A DNA stretch of 64,000 nt. Origin: Ylistrum balloti (lineage: Eukaryota). The translations under genes were made by a program, and so were the position numbers. Under the pieces are notes generated by a model, which saw only the letters and a list, made by a program, of their open reading frames with translations, searched no databases and had not been told where the DNA came from. Location: contig NW_026782248.1 in NCBI RefSeq assembly GCF_031769215.1, positions 62,001-126,000 on the forward strand. The letters run 5' to 3'. Below, in pieces: positions 1-12,990 of this stretch (position 1 is the first letter of the stretch; every line of letters begins with the position of its first letter).

Positions 1-95
1 AAAGACTGTTGTTTTAGATATAGTTTATTTTACAAGGTTATCTGATTTAGGCAGCAATCTCGATTCGATTCCATCATATTTTGGGATACGATAAA

Positions 96-412
96 TCATG
101 TTTTGTGATACGTTACATCATGTTTTGTGACACGTTACATCATGTTTTGTGATACATTACATTATGTTTTGTGATATGTTTTGCGATACGTTACATCATG
201 TTTTGTGATATATGACATCATGTTTTGTGATATGTTTTGCGATACGTTACATCATGTTTTGTGATATGTTTTGCGATACGTTACATCATGTTTTGTGATA
301 TATTGCATCATGTTTTGTGATATGTTTGCGATACGTTACATCATGTTTTGTGACAAGTCACATCATGTTTTGTGATAAATTACATCGTGTTTTGTGATAC
401 GTAACATTATGT
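96..412. repeat. Tandem minisatellite, ~22-bp unit ATCATGTTTTGTGATACGTTAC with ~11-bp partial units
   Basis: Unit read directly, repeated more than 10 times with variants. Confidence 0.9.
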
Positions 413-829
413 CTTGACGGAATCCTTTTATATTGTAGTAACATATATATTTAGTATAATGGCATGAACGGTGCCACCATATCCTACAATGTTAAATATG
501 TGAATGAAAGATATTCATGCAATCGTTCTGTAATAATCAGTGGATTATCACTACAAACGTTCACAAAAGACGCATAAGTGAATAGCTCCTTTCCATACAA
601 ATTAATAATAATAACCGTATCGTCAAACAATTACATTAACTACATCCTACAGCAACTAAGGCCTTCTGGATCTCGTAATTGATGCGCAGTCCGAAGATGT
701 TAAAATCTAAGGGAATACATTTGTACCCAAAAAATGTCTATATATAAACGACAAAGTGTACTAACCCAAGAATTCAAATATAAATGTAATAAGTGCTCAT
801 AAGGGGTTTTAATTGTATCGTGTTGTTTA

Positions 830-960
830 TTGTATTAGTTTGGGTCAGTGTTTATTCTCCGTCCGGAATCTCCTACTTTCCTCCACCATCCGAACCAGAC
901 ACGTCTTTAAATGACCCCGGGTTTTATTGGGACGTTAAGTAACATTAAACCAAAATCAAG
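830..960 (+). mobile_element. SINE-like 3' fragment; related copy in opposite orientation at ~22470-22630
   Basis: The reverse complement (cccggggtcatttaaagacgtgtctggttcggatggtggagg) matches ccagggtcatttaaggatgtgccaggtttaggtggtgaag at ~22500. Both lie next to AAAC-type tails. Confidence 0.5.
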
Positions 961-1093
961 TATTAACTGAGAAAATTTCTCGAGGAAGTATGTTATTTGT
1001 CTCCCTTCTCCCAGTCTTTGTTTAAAAATATACCCATTCTAATGTCTAGTTCGCAATACGTACGGTAATTTTAAAGTTTAGTTAATTACAAAC

Positions 1094-4000
1094 CAGTACA
1101 ATTTCCTCATAAGATGAAAGTAGAATTTTTTCACGGATAAATTGCATCGTGGATTCCTCATCATACGCTTCAGGGATCGGAACCAAAGGAACACAGACAA
1201 ACTCGTCATCAGGATTGGCTGCTGTTAGCCATGCGCAGTAGAACAGTTTGGCTCCAAGGATTGACTGTCCAAGGATTCGTCCATAGCCAGAACTGTGTAG
1301 ACCGATCACCTTCAGGGTTGAATATTACAGATTGTAGAATGAGATTATAAGACAAAGCCGTTAATGTTGTATATAGATTCTTAAGGCTTTACTATTTCTG
1401 AAGACTGAAGTGAATCTATCCTCTTAAGTCTAGACGGAGGTAAAATATAAGTATATAATTTTTTTAAAAGATACAAAATGTGACCACACGCTCAAGGAAT
1501 TGTTTTTCTGGAATGTTATTACCATAATTTATCACACTACCTCCTCCTATGACTATAATTTAACTATGGGATGGTTGTTTTGAAATTGCACCATTTCAGG
1601 CATCATTAACGGTGATATTACCTTGTGTGCTAGGTACACTCCTGCCGCCGCTGCTCCTGGTTTTGATGTCTCCAGTCCTAAACAATTGACAGTTACGTAA
1701 CCAGTACTGTTCAGCATATCAGTGGAAAAGGCCAGAAAAGACTTCATTTGTCCATTCCTTTAGTTAAACACAATAAGTCATTATTTCAAGTTATATGTCT
1801 AGTCTAAACTCTTACGTCCCCCCTTTTGATGGTGGGATTAAAATACAGGACAGAGGCCTCATTGAAAAACATTTTCCAAAACTGAATTGGTTCGGGTAGT
1901 GAAACATTAACATGTTATTTAAGAAATGATAAATATGCCATCATAATTATCATTCTCACTCAAAATCAATAAAACATAGGCAAAACATGAACAAAAGAAA
2001 GATGTACACGGTTACAAAAGTACAAAGTATAAACTAGGTGTTCCGGAGGAGTACGCATTTTCTGATCCATCGACGACACTCGCTATGTAAATATTGGTAT
2101 CTGCCACGCTCGTTGAGCAAGCACTTGTACATAGAAAGGAACTTCCGATATGTCCAGGGATGAAATAATTTACTTACTTCTTTCAAACTAGGATGGCTCT
2201 AAACATCGCAAGAAGGACATGGCAAATCTCGGGGACTAAAAGTCTACCGTTTTTAAATCTCAAAGACTGACTAGAAGACGCATCGGGAATAAACGTCACA
2301 ATTTCAAATTCATAACTCGATATTAGTTAAACTGTATCGTACAGTTGTTTAATCCTTGAAGGAAATGTTGACCTTTTGACCTTTTGGACTTTCAATTTCA
2401 TAATAAAAACGTGTCCGAACAACAAAGAGTCAAGAGGAACTGTTCTAAAGAATTTAATTAAAATTTCTATGGAATAAGTAACTTATAAAATCATCAGGAA
2501 ACTTTTGATTTTGCTGCAAGTCTGTATAAGCATAATGGTGATTTATTTATTTGTAGAAACATCGACAACAACTTACAGCTTACATCTTACCTATAGCACA
2601 GAAATCCTGCCGGATAGGGACAATATCCCGCTTTGTGTGGATCAATGGTTACTGTGTCTACATCCTTTAAGAAAGACAATTGTTTTCTAACGTAGTCACT
2701 CAGAGGAAAGGCTGGCAACAACTTGTCTTTCTCCTCAGGCTTTCTTATCATGGTCGTGTAATAACCACCCCAGGCTCCATCAACAAGCAGGAAGAAACTG
2801 AGGCCCTGTAACACGTGTAAGGTTGTTGTTTGTTAAAATGCGGTACAATATGAAGATGTTTAGATATTTCAAATATCATAATAAAACAGAGAGGCCAAGC
2901 TGTTTTCAGATAAGCACCTTTGAATGACATTATCATTCCTGGATAACTAGCTGTGACGATAATATACGACACCAAAGGAAAGGAGGAGCAACATTCGTAC
3001 ACTGATATACCCTTTAAAACATATTTGACATATATATTTAGTATCAATCCTTAAAACTTGTTATTTCTGAAGTGCTTCACTTCTTGCCTTGGTCCTATAC
3101 TCTGCTCTCAAGTGAAGAATATCTTCAATTGAATCCACAGATCCATGCTCTGTCGTACCGATGATACATACAATGGCAATAACCGGGACTTTTTTCACTA
3201 GACATCCGTCAAGAAGTCTGCGCAATGCTGAAGAGAAAAGTATTTCAGTGCGATTTCAACTTCCCTCGGATTTAAAAAAAATAAAACACAGATGAATTGC
3301 ACCTTTCAATACAACAAATGCATGTATATATCGTATAACCAAACATTGAATACAACTACAACAAACAAATAGTCCGCCTTTGCAGTATACTTTGGTGTTG
3401 TATTCCACCTTTGCAAAATACTTAAGTGTTCGAAAGGGCTTCAGTATTGGGAATTTGAGTCAGTGATGAATCTAACAATCACTCACAGTCGTTTTGGAAA
3501 ATGCTCTTCATTAAATCTTCTTTTTGTTAACACAAAATAATTCCAAAAGGGAGACAAATCAAATACACAAAATAAGTACACATGGATGATTTACATAAAA
3601 ATTGTATCTTTATATATGCTTATACATATGACATCAGGTATTGAAACATAGTTAGCGATAACAGGAATGAAAAGTTGGGATTTCAGGTTAGAATTCAATA
3701 TATGATGCCGGGGACAATACGATTGTATTTAATACCGTTTGTATTACTCCAATGACATCACTCACCAACAACATCTGTCCTTGCAGAATGATCGAAAGGG
3801 ACACATATTAAATTGCGTCCTCCGATCCCCATAAGGGTTGCAGCCTTCTCCCAGGTAAAGTGTTTGGCAGCGGAAGTCATAACCACTGGCTCGATTGTCA
3901 ACCCGTGCATTCGATAAAATTTGACAAATCCGTTGTGCTCGATAGAGTACCTTAAAGTAGATAAAGATTTTAAGAACAGTGAACGTTTATATATAACCAA

Positions 4001-6601
4001 TACATAAACTTATAGTATCTATGACATATTAAAATAAATGAAACTAACAAATACAAGGTGAGTTGAAAGGATATTCATGACAAGTCTTATGTGGATATGT
4101 GCGCTTCATTAAAGACATAACGAAATTGATTATTATTTACATAACACTTGACGAAACCAGTAAAGACAGCAAAGAGTGAAATATTATCTAAATGGTAAGT
4201 AAATGAGTAAAGCATTGATGCTATTATGTGGTCAGTCAGTGTTAAGTCAATAATGTACTGAAAGAGATTCAATAAATGTCAACTGTATAAAGATATGGTA
4301 TTTATTCTATGCCAGATGCAAGAAACAAAGTCAGGATTAACCAAATAGTTAAAAATGTATTCTTAAGTGTTTTATCAATCGAATAATATAGTCTAGATAC
4401 TCTTTTTTAAATGTTCTGTAAAATTTAGTTGAATTAATTTATGTTAATGGACAAAATGATCAAAACCTTATGAATTTGGTCAATGACTGATGTTTACACA
4501 TCAGCACTGTAAAAGTATTACTGAAAGAATGGCTAAATGTGGCACTTCTTGTAGCAGTCATTGAATTGTATTATCGATTAATATTAATATCAAACAATTG
4601 AAGATTAAGTGAATAGTTTTTCATACGTTTTCAGCTTGGAATCTGAACTGTTCGAATGCTGCAAGCGTATCGATTGTAAGGAATTTCCGTTTTAGATGCG
4701 CATGTCCATACCGGTTCCGTACATTTTTTTCCAACGGTTCTCAAAATAAAAAATAAACCCAATTGGTAAAATATTGTCTTCAAATTTACGGAGGTTTTCT
4801 TTTTTTCTTTTTAGGGAACGAACTATTTGCAAATTCTATTCAAGTGGTATGGTTAGTATTGAAGATTTATTCCAGAACAGCTCACATATAATTACGTCAC
4901 ATATGATTTAGGTAACTGGTTTTAGAGTAGGGTCTTCATGTCGTATTCGGTCACAGAAAGAGGGTTTTTTTCTATAAATTTAGTTGGGACAAGTGTTCAT
5001 CTGCTAGATATAAATGCACCGGAGCGTTCCACCTTTTCTCCTATATGCCTAGCATTAAGATCGCCTCTCAAAAAAGACCATCCACGACATGTATATTGTA
5101 ATAAAAGCAAATCTATCCTGATTCGTCTAATCACAGACCTTGATATCGCCTACGGCCAAAACTTTTTTTTTCAAATTGATTTTTAGAAATATGTTCTGAA
5201 AATAAATCTCAAGGTCTTAAGTCTTAAGGTCACCTGAAGTATTTTCGTCGGACAAAATGAGTGGAACAGTCAACGTATTCAAATCTCTTAAATGATAGGT
5301 TCCGAATTTCTTACTTGTTGATAACTTTTCTGAAATCAATGTTGTCATCTTTGATCAATTGACTAATTTCTTGTGGTAAAGATATGACGTCATCAAGGTT
5401 AAGGTTCAGAAGGTCCCATGTAGAGGAGGATATCAACTTCTGTTTTCTATCCAGTCTGGGAATATACACCCTTAGATCCTTTACGTCTGCTAACGTTGGT
5501 TCTTCCCGAATAGCTTTTTGGACTGCCAAAGGAAAGAACTTTACATTTCTAGATGCCCACAAAGCTTCGATATTGGAAGATGATCCACCATTGGTAATGT
5601 ACCCCCGTGGATTGCTTCTCTTATTAAAGCCAAGCAAGTCACACAACTGTTTTCCGACCTCTATCTCAAGTTGTGTTGTCACTGGACCACCCTCTTTGCC
5701 CGCATTGTTCGCATTGGTCATCCATGCGGCGAGAAATCCCAATCTTGCCGCTGTTGCCGTATCAGCCAACATGTGGCCCTAAAATACATATTGTAAACAC
5801 GACATTTTTTAATGATATTTCAAACATATTATAAGCGTGTTATGTATTTTGCTACTGTGTCCAGGTGATGGTGCGGTGCAATTATAATCTAATCATCTAT
5901 CGATTACTTCCTATGATGTCTTTCTTTGTTGTAAACACTCTCAATCTCCCAAAAGTAAATAATGCATCTTTGATTTATATCTTCTAAAATGCTTCTAATG
6001 ACAATGATGCGAATAATGTTTCATTTATCATTTCAATTGAAATAGATATGATTTTAATGTCAAAACGTACTTTACTTCCAAAGTATTGTATACTGAAACA
6101 CACATGGTAAACACCGGCTAGAGTAAAATAAGCCGATGATTCAGAATGTAACATGATATGAGTAACTGGTTCATCTCTCTACCGATCAAGTTAAAAGGAA
6201 ATTCCTTCTAGCTTGAAGCAAGAAGGCGATCGTTACTGTTAAGACAAATATAAAATGTCAAAAATATTTTATCCTACCTGATATCTGACATTCGCAAATG
6301 GAATTGACTCCGACAGTGTATCGTTCAGCGATTTTAATTCTGTTTCAAGCTTAGACATCTCCTTTTTGTAATTTGGTGATGCTTTCACTTCGGACGTGAT
6401 ATACAGACTATCCTCCTGGAAATAACTTTTGGGTTTGGCATTTTGTCGAATTGCTTCTATCGCAAGACCGCAGAATTCATCTATGTTTTCAGCTGACGGT
6501 CCAATAAACCAAGATCCTAATTTCTCCCATTGAGTTTTACAGATGTCGGAAGTCATCCTCTGATCACAACCGTTATTTTCGCCTCCGCCGGAACAAGCCA
6601 T
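1094..6601 (-). CDS. Group II PLP-dependent amino-acid decarboxylase, bacterial/fungal tyrosine-decarboxylase-like; 3' end unresolved
   Basis: Phase-consistent exons 6601-6278, 5778-5315, 3950-3766, 3227-3088, 2805-2591, 1757-1622, 1309-1094 (560 codons). Motifs in order: YQGHM, NANNAGKEGGPVTTQLE, GYITNGGSSSNIEALW, KHFTWEKAA, IIGTTEHGSVD, VDGAWGGY, TIDPHK (PLP lysine), LETSKPGA, GYGRILG. Confidence 0.88.
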
Positions 6602-6879
6602 TTCCCCCTATGAGATGAGACGGGGTTTGTTTTTAGAAAACCTAAGGACAATATTAGACAATCATATAATAGTGATTTAGATCTACTGAAATGGATTATT
6701 CATTAGAAATCATTTTAAAAATCCATAATTCCTTGTCTAAAACAACTTCACTGCTTCGTCGTGCGATATGTCTGAGTTTGAAATATTTCTTTCCTTCGCT
6801 GAACACATGCCATTAACAAACACATGACACATATACAAAACACCCAGGACACCAACCGCTTGAATTCACAATGTAGGTC

Positions 6880-8480
6880 AATCCAGAAAACGTTTCATAG
6901 TAAATGACTTAAATTTCTGCTTCATCCCACGAAATCTAAGCAACGCAGAATTGGTACAGGATATGGATTGCTTCTACAAACGACTCCGTCTTTGCGTACA
7001 CTTTACCAAAGACGAAAAAAAGACGGATTACTATGCCACAGATGTCCCGATCAACTCATTTTATAAAAAAAATACAAGGAAGTCGCCATCTAAGGTTCAA
7101 GCACTGGAAGCCTTTATAGACGCGGTAAAACAGGAAATATCCGAACACTATACCAAAACTCAAACCCAAAGAGATAGCCTTGGGAAAGGAGAACGGAAGG
7201 CCTTGCAAGCCTTAAAACAGAACACCGATGTTGTGATCAAACCAGCTGACAAATGCTCCGCAGTGGTTGTCATGAACAGAGATGATAACGTTAAAGAGGT
7301 CAGTTGCCAGTTATCAAATGAGACATTCTATCACAAAGTCGATCATGACTTTGACGTTAGAACATGCTCAAAAGGTCGACGCTACCATCAACATGATATT
7401 AAAGAGAAGAGATATAAATACAGAAACAACAGAATTTTGACGCTGCGATTCCCCAAGGGCAGAAAATTCAAAGTTCACTGACTTCCACCTTATGTGGAAA
7501 ACCTGCCATCTTACTTGAATGATACCACAGACTACCGAAAAAAAGACACCATGTAGCGATCTACCTAAAGACACGTTCTTGGTTACTATGAATGTACTCT
7601 TCCTGTTCACTACTATCCCACACGTGGGTGGCAACTTAGCTTGCCGTGCAGCATAGGACACCAGGGAGTACAAACATCCCGAAAAAGATAGTCTGATAGA
7701 CCTTCTAAACTTAGTGCTCCAAGATGGCACCATCATATGCAAAATATTTATGGGCATCTTGAGTCTAGGCTACATGCTACAGCCCTATTGAAACCTCTCA
7801 GCTGCTTTAGATTCATTGACGACATTGAGATCAAGTGGGCACCCGTCAAACATCTCTCGTGCATTTCATTTGTTTTCCAAACGAATTCCACATGACCATT
7901 AAGTTTACTGCTGACATGTCCGGCGAGAAAATCACTTTCTTGGCCACTTGTTCAAAACTCACCAACGGATAAATAAGCACGGGTGCATACAGTAAACCCA
8001 TAGACACTCACCAGTACCTTCGCCCATCTAGCTGTCACCCACCTCATACCACAAGCGTTGAGAATCAAACATATTGTTTCTGACAACGATGTCTTTACAC
8101 GCCGTTGCTTAGAACTGAAGTCCCACCTTCTCAACAGTGGATATAAGGCAGCTCTGATCAACCGCGAAATCTGAGGATCAACAATGACCGATGATCTATG
8201 AAAGAGAAACGCCCGGAACTACTTTTTTGCCTGTAGTAAGACCTTTCAACATGCCAAGCCATTCGTGGCATGACATGCAGGTGGTACCCATAACCAATGC
8301 AGGAGTTGGAGTGACCAGCAACGCCCAAATAAGGAACGATACTTGATCAACCTACTCCAAACCTGCTACCCACTCGTCATGAATGAGAGATAATCTTGTT
8401 ACTACATACAGATCCGGTCAATCATTCTTGGCAGTCGGTACATCTCAAGCTACCACTGAGGCAACTAGTATAATATCACC
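6880..8480 (+). mobile_element. Decayed Penelope-like retroelement (RT plus GIY-YIG tail), frameshifted and internally deleted
   Basis: ORF 6951-7481 (FYKRLRL, VIKPADK, VVVMNRDD). Further RT motifs in shifting frames: LFTTIPH, ANIFMG, RFIDDI. GIY-YIG-type C-terminal region from ~8168. Confidence 0.8.
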
Positions 8481-10849
8481 CACCTATCCGCCCCCTTAAA
8501 AATACATATATATATATATGATAAACTTACTAGCTCTATTTATTGCACTTTTTATTTAGTCACCACACCAGCATTTTTTTCCTTTTTGAGACTGGCACCA
8601 TTTGTAAAATCTAACCCGGAAGAAGAATTTTTCAGTTTGTTGAGGCGACTTTTTTGGGCTAGTTGACGATTTTGGGGACTATTTGACCATATTCAAAATT
8701 ATATTTTAAATATAGATATATATTTTTTTTTTGCATTTAACTAGTTTTTTAATCAAATTACTTTTGTAACTGTACAGTTCTTGTATTTAAACAATTTATC
8801 GGAAGACACACAGACAGACGTCGTACTAATTAAAATATGAACAACCTACGATACAGACTAGACCAACATATAGCGACTAGACTGATCACACTTACATTAC
8901 AGGATATTACAGTAACGACACATACATTTAACATTTTTACAATAGATGTTCTTATGTTGAATCAAACAATTCCGCATTTAGAATGTGATCGAGATGTACC
9001 GGTAGACTACTTTCCTCGGAGTGTGACGGCTAATGTTTCCATTGCGATCACATGTTCAGTGTCTAGAGTGCAAAACATACCTAGATTTATGTAAATATTT
9101 TCGATAATGTCTTACATACAACAACTTGGAATGGTTTTTTGTCCGCTATAAAGGGCATTTGGGGTCCATCGGCCGAAAGGATTATCGAGACACCTAAATT
9201 TACACAACTGCTCTCGAATAATTTTTTTTTATAACTTTGTATTTGTTTTATGTTCAGTGTATATGATGTAATTTATGTAATATATCTGTCTTGATAAAAG
9301 GGCAAGTTGCCTCGAACAATTGACAATTTGCTTGTCCGTACTGTTCCTATTACTTCATTGATCATATATATGTGTGTAAATATGGTGAAAATATGGAAAA
9401 TTCTGCGTGTCCAGAAAACATATAAAAACTTTAAAAACTGGAATCACTATGTATACAATGTAAAACATCTGAAGAAGAAACGAAAGCGCTTATATTTTAC
9501 AGCTCATCGTGTTTTCCAGTTTTTAAAGTTTTTATATGTAAATATATGTATGTAAATAGACATATAGTAATCCTTATTAGTATGAACTTATATCAGCAAG
9601 GGATGAATATCCCTAATAATTAAGTTTCCGCGATATCCTCTTTCGTTTAACATCGGAACTGATTTTATTGGTGTGATGAAAGTCTTTGCGCATGATAAAC
9701 ACTTGTCAATACTCGTCACATTTAATCACTGCCGCTCTTATTATAGTCAACACATATCAATATCTCTGACTGAATATTTGGAACTCCAGGCCACAACCAA
9801 TTAATAACTAGTTTGTCAGGAATTTCGAGAATAAAAAACACCGGTACCAAAAAAGTAAACAAATTGAGATAAAATTAATGGAGACGATATAACCCGACGT
9901 TAGAAACTGATATTCACCTATCAGAACGGATAAAGTGATTTCGGAAAACGTCACATTTGATCACAACGTCAAAAATGTGTAAGATACGTCGTGAGAAAGT
10001 TATTTTTCAAACATTTAAGTCACGTTCGCGGAGTTGCATTCATGTTGTTGTCCATGTCACGTCGGACCAGTTCGGCTACATACCATACATTCCAGAGAAC
10101 ATATACACACCGTCCTGTAATCAATACGTCATGCACGGTTACTTCACATACACGTAAACAAAATACATTCACGTAAACAGATATACAAAATATATACATC
10201 TAACCGTAAGCACTGTAGGGGCACCTGGGTGACCACTCCAAGGTTAAATGATTGTAGAGGACAACCTGGGATTGTAATCCCTGATATAACAACAGCTTCT
10301 ATGGCTTCACCAACTTAACAGGCATTATCCCCACATTAGGGATGCTCCGGGTGGTCACAACCATACAATCTGCGTTACACCCGAATGAAACATTTAAAGT
10401 AAAAAAATAATTTTGTGAATAATATCTTAAACAAAAAATTCACCATAGGTCCCTAACTAATATGCAGTGACATAACCCATTCCCGTAGCTGTCCAGGGGT
10501 GTACAGGACGTATTTTCCACTCTGGACCCCTGGGAGATTCCGGAACCTCACCAAGCTCAGAACATGATCATCCCTATGGGATACTGCAGAGGCAGCTCTG
10601 AATTCATCAGCAACTCTGTTAATTGACCTTGAGCTAATTTTTTTTCTAAGCTATGGTACCATCTAGAAGGAAAATCAGACAACGAGGAATTCTGTGGAAT
10701 AATATACTGCCCACTACAACTAACAAGTGAACTAGTACTTGGCTGGTTTACCTTTTTGACCGAATAACGGGAGTCGTGGGGGCTTTGTAACTCGTCTGCT
10801 CCTCTACATCATTGGGCAGTGTAGTAAATGGCAACAACATATTCTGGCG

Positions 10850-11500
10850 CAGTGTACGAAGGGGATAGTTATCTCATCGTCATTAACGCTTCCCTTCCTA
10901 TGTGGATCATGTTTCCATCTGCCAGTTAATTTGTGTTTCTCTTGGAAACCCACTTTTCTGGACCAGCATCTGATCCCCCTACATCAATGTTACACTCCCT
11001 AACCTTCGTATCATACCTAGCCTTGTTTTGACAGGCTTTTTATTGGCTTTGTTAGCTGCAGCATGGTATGTATTCTCAAAGTTTCTTTTCAAGTTTGTTG
11101 ACGTAAGTGACATGTCATCCCATTGCTGTCTGAAGCAACACCTAGAAAGCCATCTACATCAAATCTGGGGTGTCATCCAGGCATTAGAAAGTGATGGAAG
11201 TGGAGGAACCATAGATGGGACATACGACTTCCAATCTACTTTTTTCCCTCTGCAAGTGTGGCAAGCACGTCAAGGATAGACTGATTGAACCTCTCTGCAG
11301 AACCATTCCCCAATGGGCGGTATGGAGTAGTTCTAGGTTTCTTTACCCCTGCGAGCTTACAAGGCTCCTTTAACATCTTGCTTTCGAAGTTACGACCCTG
11401 GTCGCTATGAAGCTTCTCTGGGAACTCATAATGAACATTTAAGTTCTTGTAGAGAACCTTGGTGACCCACCTCATCGTGGACACCGTTTAAAGCTTAGGC
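10850..11500 (-). mobile_element. Gypsy LTR-retrotransposon integrase remnant
   Basis: ORF 11236-11484 has LHSDQGRNFES and TTPYRPLGNGSAERFNQS (DDE integrase core). Degenerate post-integrase sequence follows. Confidence 0.85.
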
Positions 11501-12854
11501 CCTGTGAGCTGTTGGTACTAACAGCTGCTTGACCCGAGTACCATCTACCGTAACTGTCCTTTAAAGAACTCCTTGGTTCACAGAAATGCGCCGACGCTCC
11601 GTATGATACCTACGTACCTCAGACAATGTGTTTGCTTAAACTTTTTCAATACAAACCAAACGTTGCACGTGCGTTTTAGAGACGTTAAATGTCGAACGTC
11701 CTGCAAACTTTAGTTTTTTCTCTGAATGTTGTGTATAATAGAAATGAATGATGAATTATTTTTACTTAAAAACACTTATTACAATCCAAATTATTGTGCA
11801 GCATTTATGAGAAGGGTTTCTCTTATGTAAATCTATATTTAGTGAACGTATTTGAGATTTATATAAAAATCAATGTTTTGTTAAAGAAAAGTACATTCTC
11901 TCCTTATATAGTGATAGATACAGCGTAAATGTACAAGTGGCATCAAGTAGCCTCAGAGAGGCGTAAAACTATTAAAAGATATTTACCTTGGTCCTCTTTC
12001 CCCACGAACACTTTGTCCCTCTTGATAGGCTTGACTTTGAGTTGAATGTTCGCCCAGGAGAGACAGTTTATGTGACCATGGGTGCACAAGGACTTAACAT
12101 TATAGTGAATCAATAGGTGAAAAGGTTCGGCCTAGCTTGAGCTTAGTTTACATGTCATGTCAAGATGTTTTTATGCTTATTCATACCGATATCTGATTTC
12201 CGTCAAATGAGTAGCTGTCTAACTGAAAACTGACAATTTTATGGGTATCCGATGAAGTATATCACGTTTAGAAATGTATTGTGTGGAATAGTGATAACAG
12301 ATAACAGTGTTTTCGAGTTTTTGTTCTTTTCTTTTTACTTTTATACAAGATTTACTATTTATACCAGTAATCAGTTACCTATGTTTGAGATCAACTTAGG
12401 AGCCCCTAACAATTTCGGAACTACACGCTTGTCTGTTCCAACAGACAAGTGTCCTTTATTCGTGTTGGTCGTCCGAGTAATCCGAGATCCCTTCAACGAA
12501 GTTGAGGGGTATACTGATGTATTTTTCAAAGCATATAAGTAAGTTTTTCTAGTTAAGTTTCTGCGGAAACAACATTGAGGAATGGAAATGCATTATTTTA
12601 TTGTTGAATTTAATATTGATTAGTTTTTTGTATGTATTTAATGCCATGTTTAAAAACCCTTTTTGAAACTTGCGATTTGTAAAAATTCTACCTTAATTAA
12701 CAGATGTTGGTCTATATAATAGAATATGCCGTACCATTTTAAGATTTTGTGTTGATATACCCATTTAAGACTTTTATCATTTATCTTTTTACGTTTTGGT
12801 TTGTTTAATGTTATTCCCTTTTGGAATGTTGATAACGTGACATTACTTACTTGG

Positions 12855-12990
12855 ATTGACCAAGGTTTACATGGCGGGTGTCGTCAATGAAGCAGAAGAT
12901 GCTTACTCTTCCGAAACACCTGGTCTTATTCTCTCTCCTCGTATTTTTTTCAGGAGTCGCGGTGTAAATCTTTCTTTTGTTCATAGTTCA
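12855..12990 (+). mobile_element. Interspersed repeat fragment, homologous to the reverse complement of ~54655-54770
   Basis: acatggcgggtgtcgtcaatgaagcagaagatgcttactcttccgaaacacctggtcttattctc matches acatggagggtatcgtcgatgaagcagaagacgcttacacttcatgaacacctggtcttattctc. Confidence 0.7.

Noticed and set aside
5384-5782. 132-aa plus-strand ORF
   Set aside because: Antisense shadow of a decarboxylase exon.
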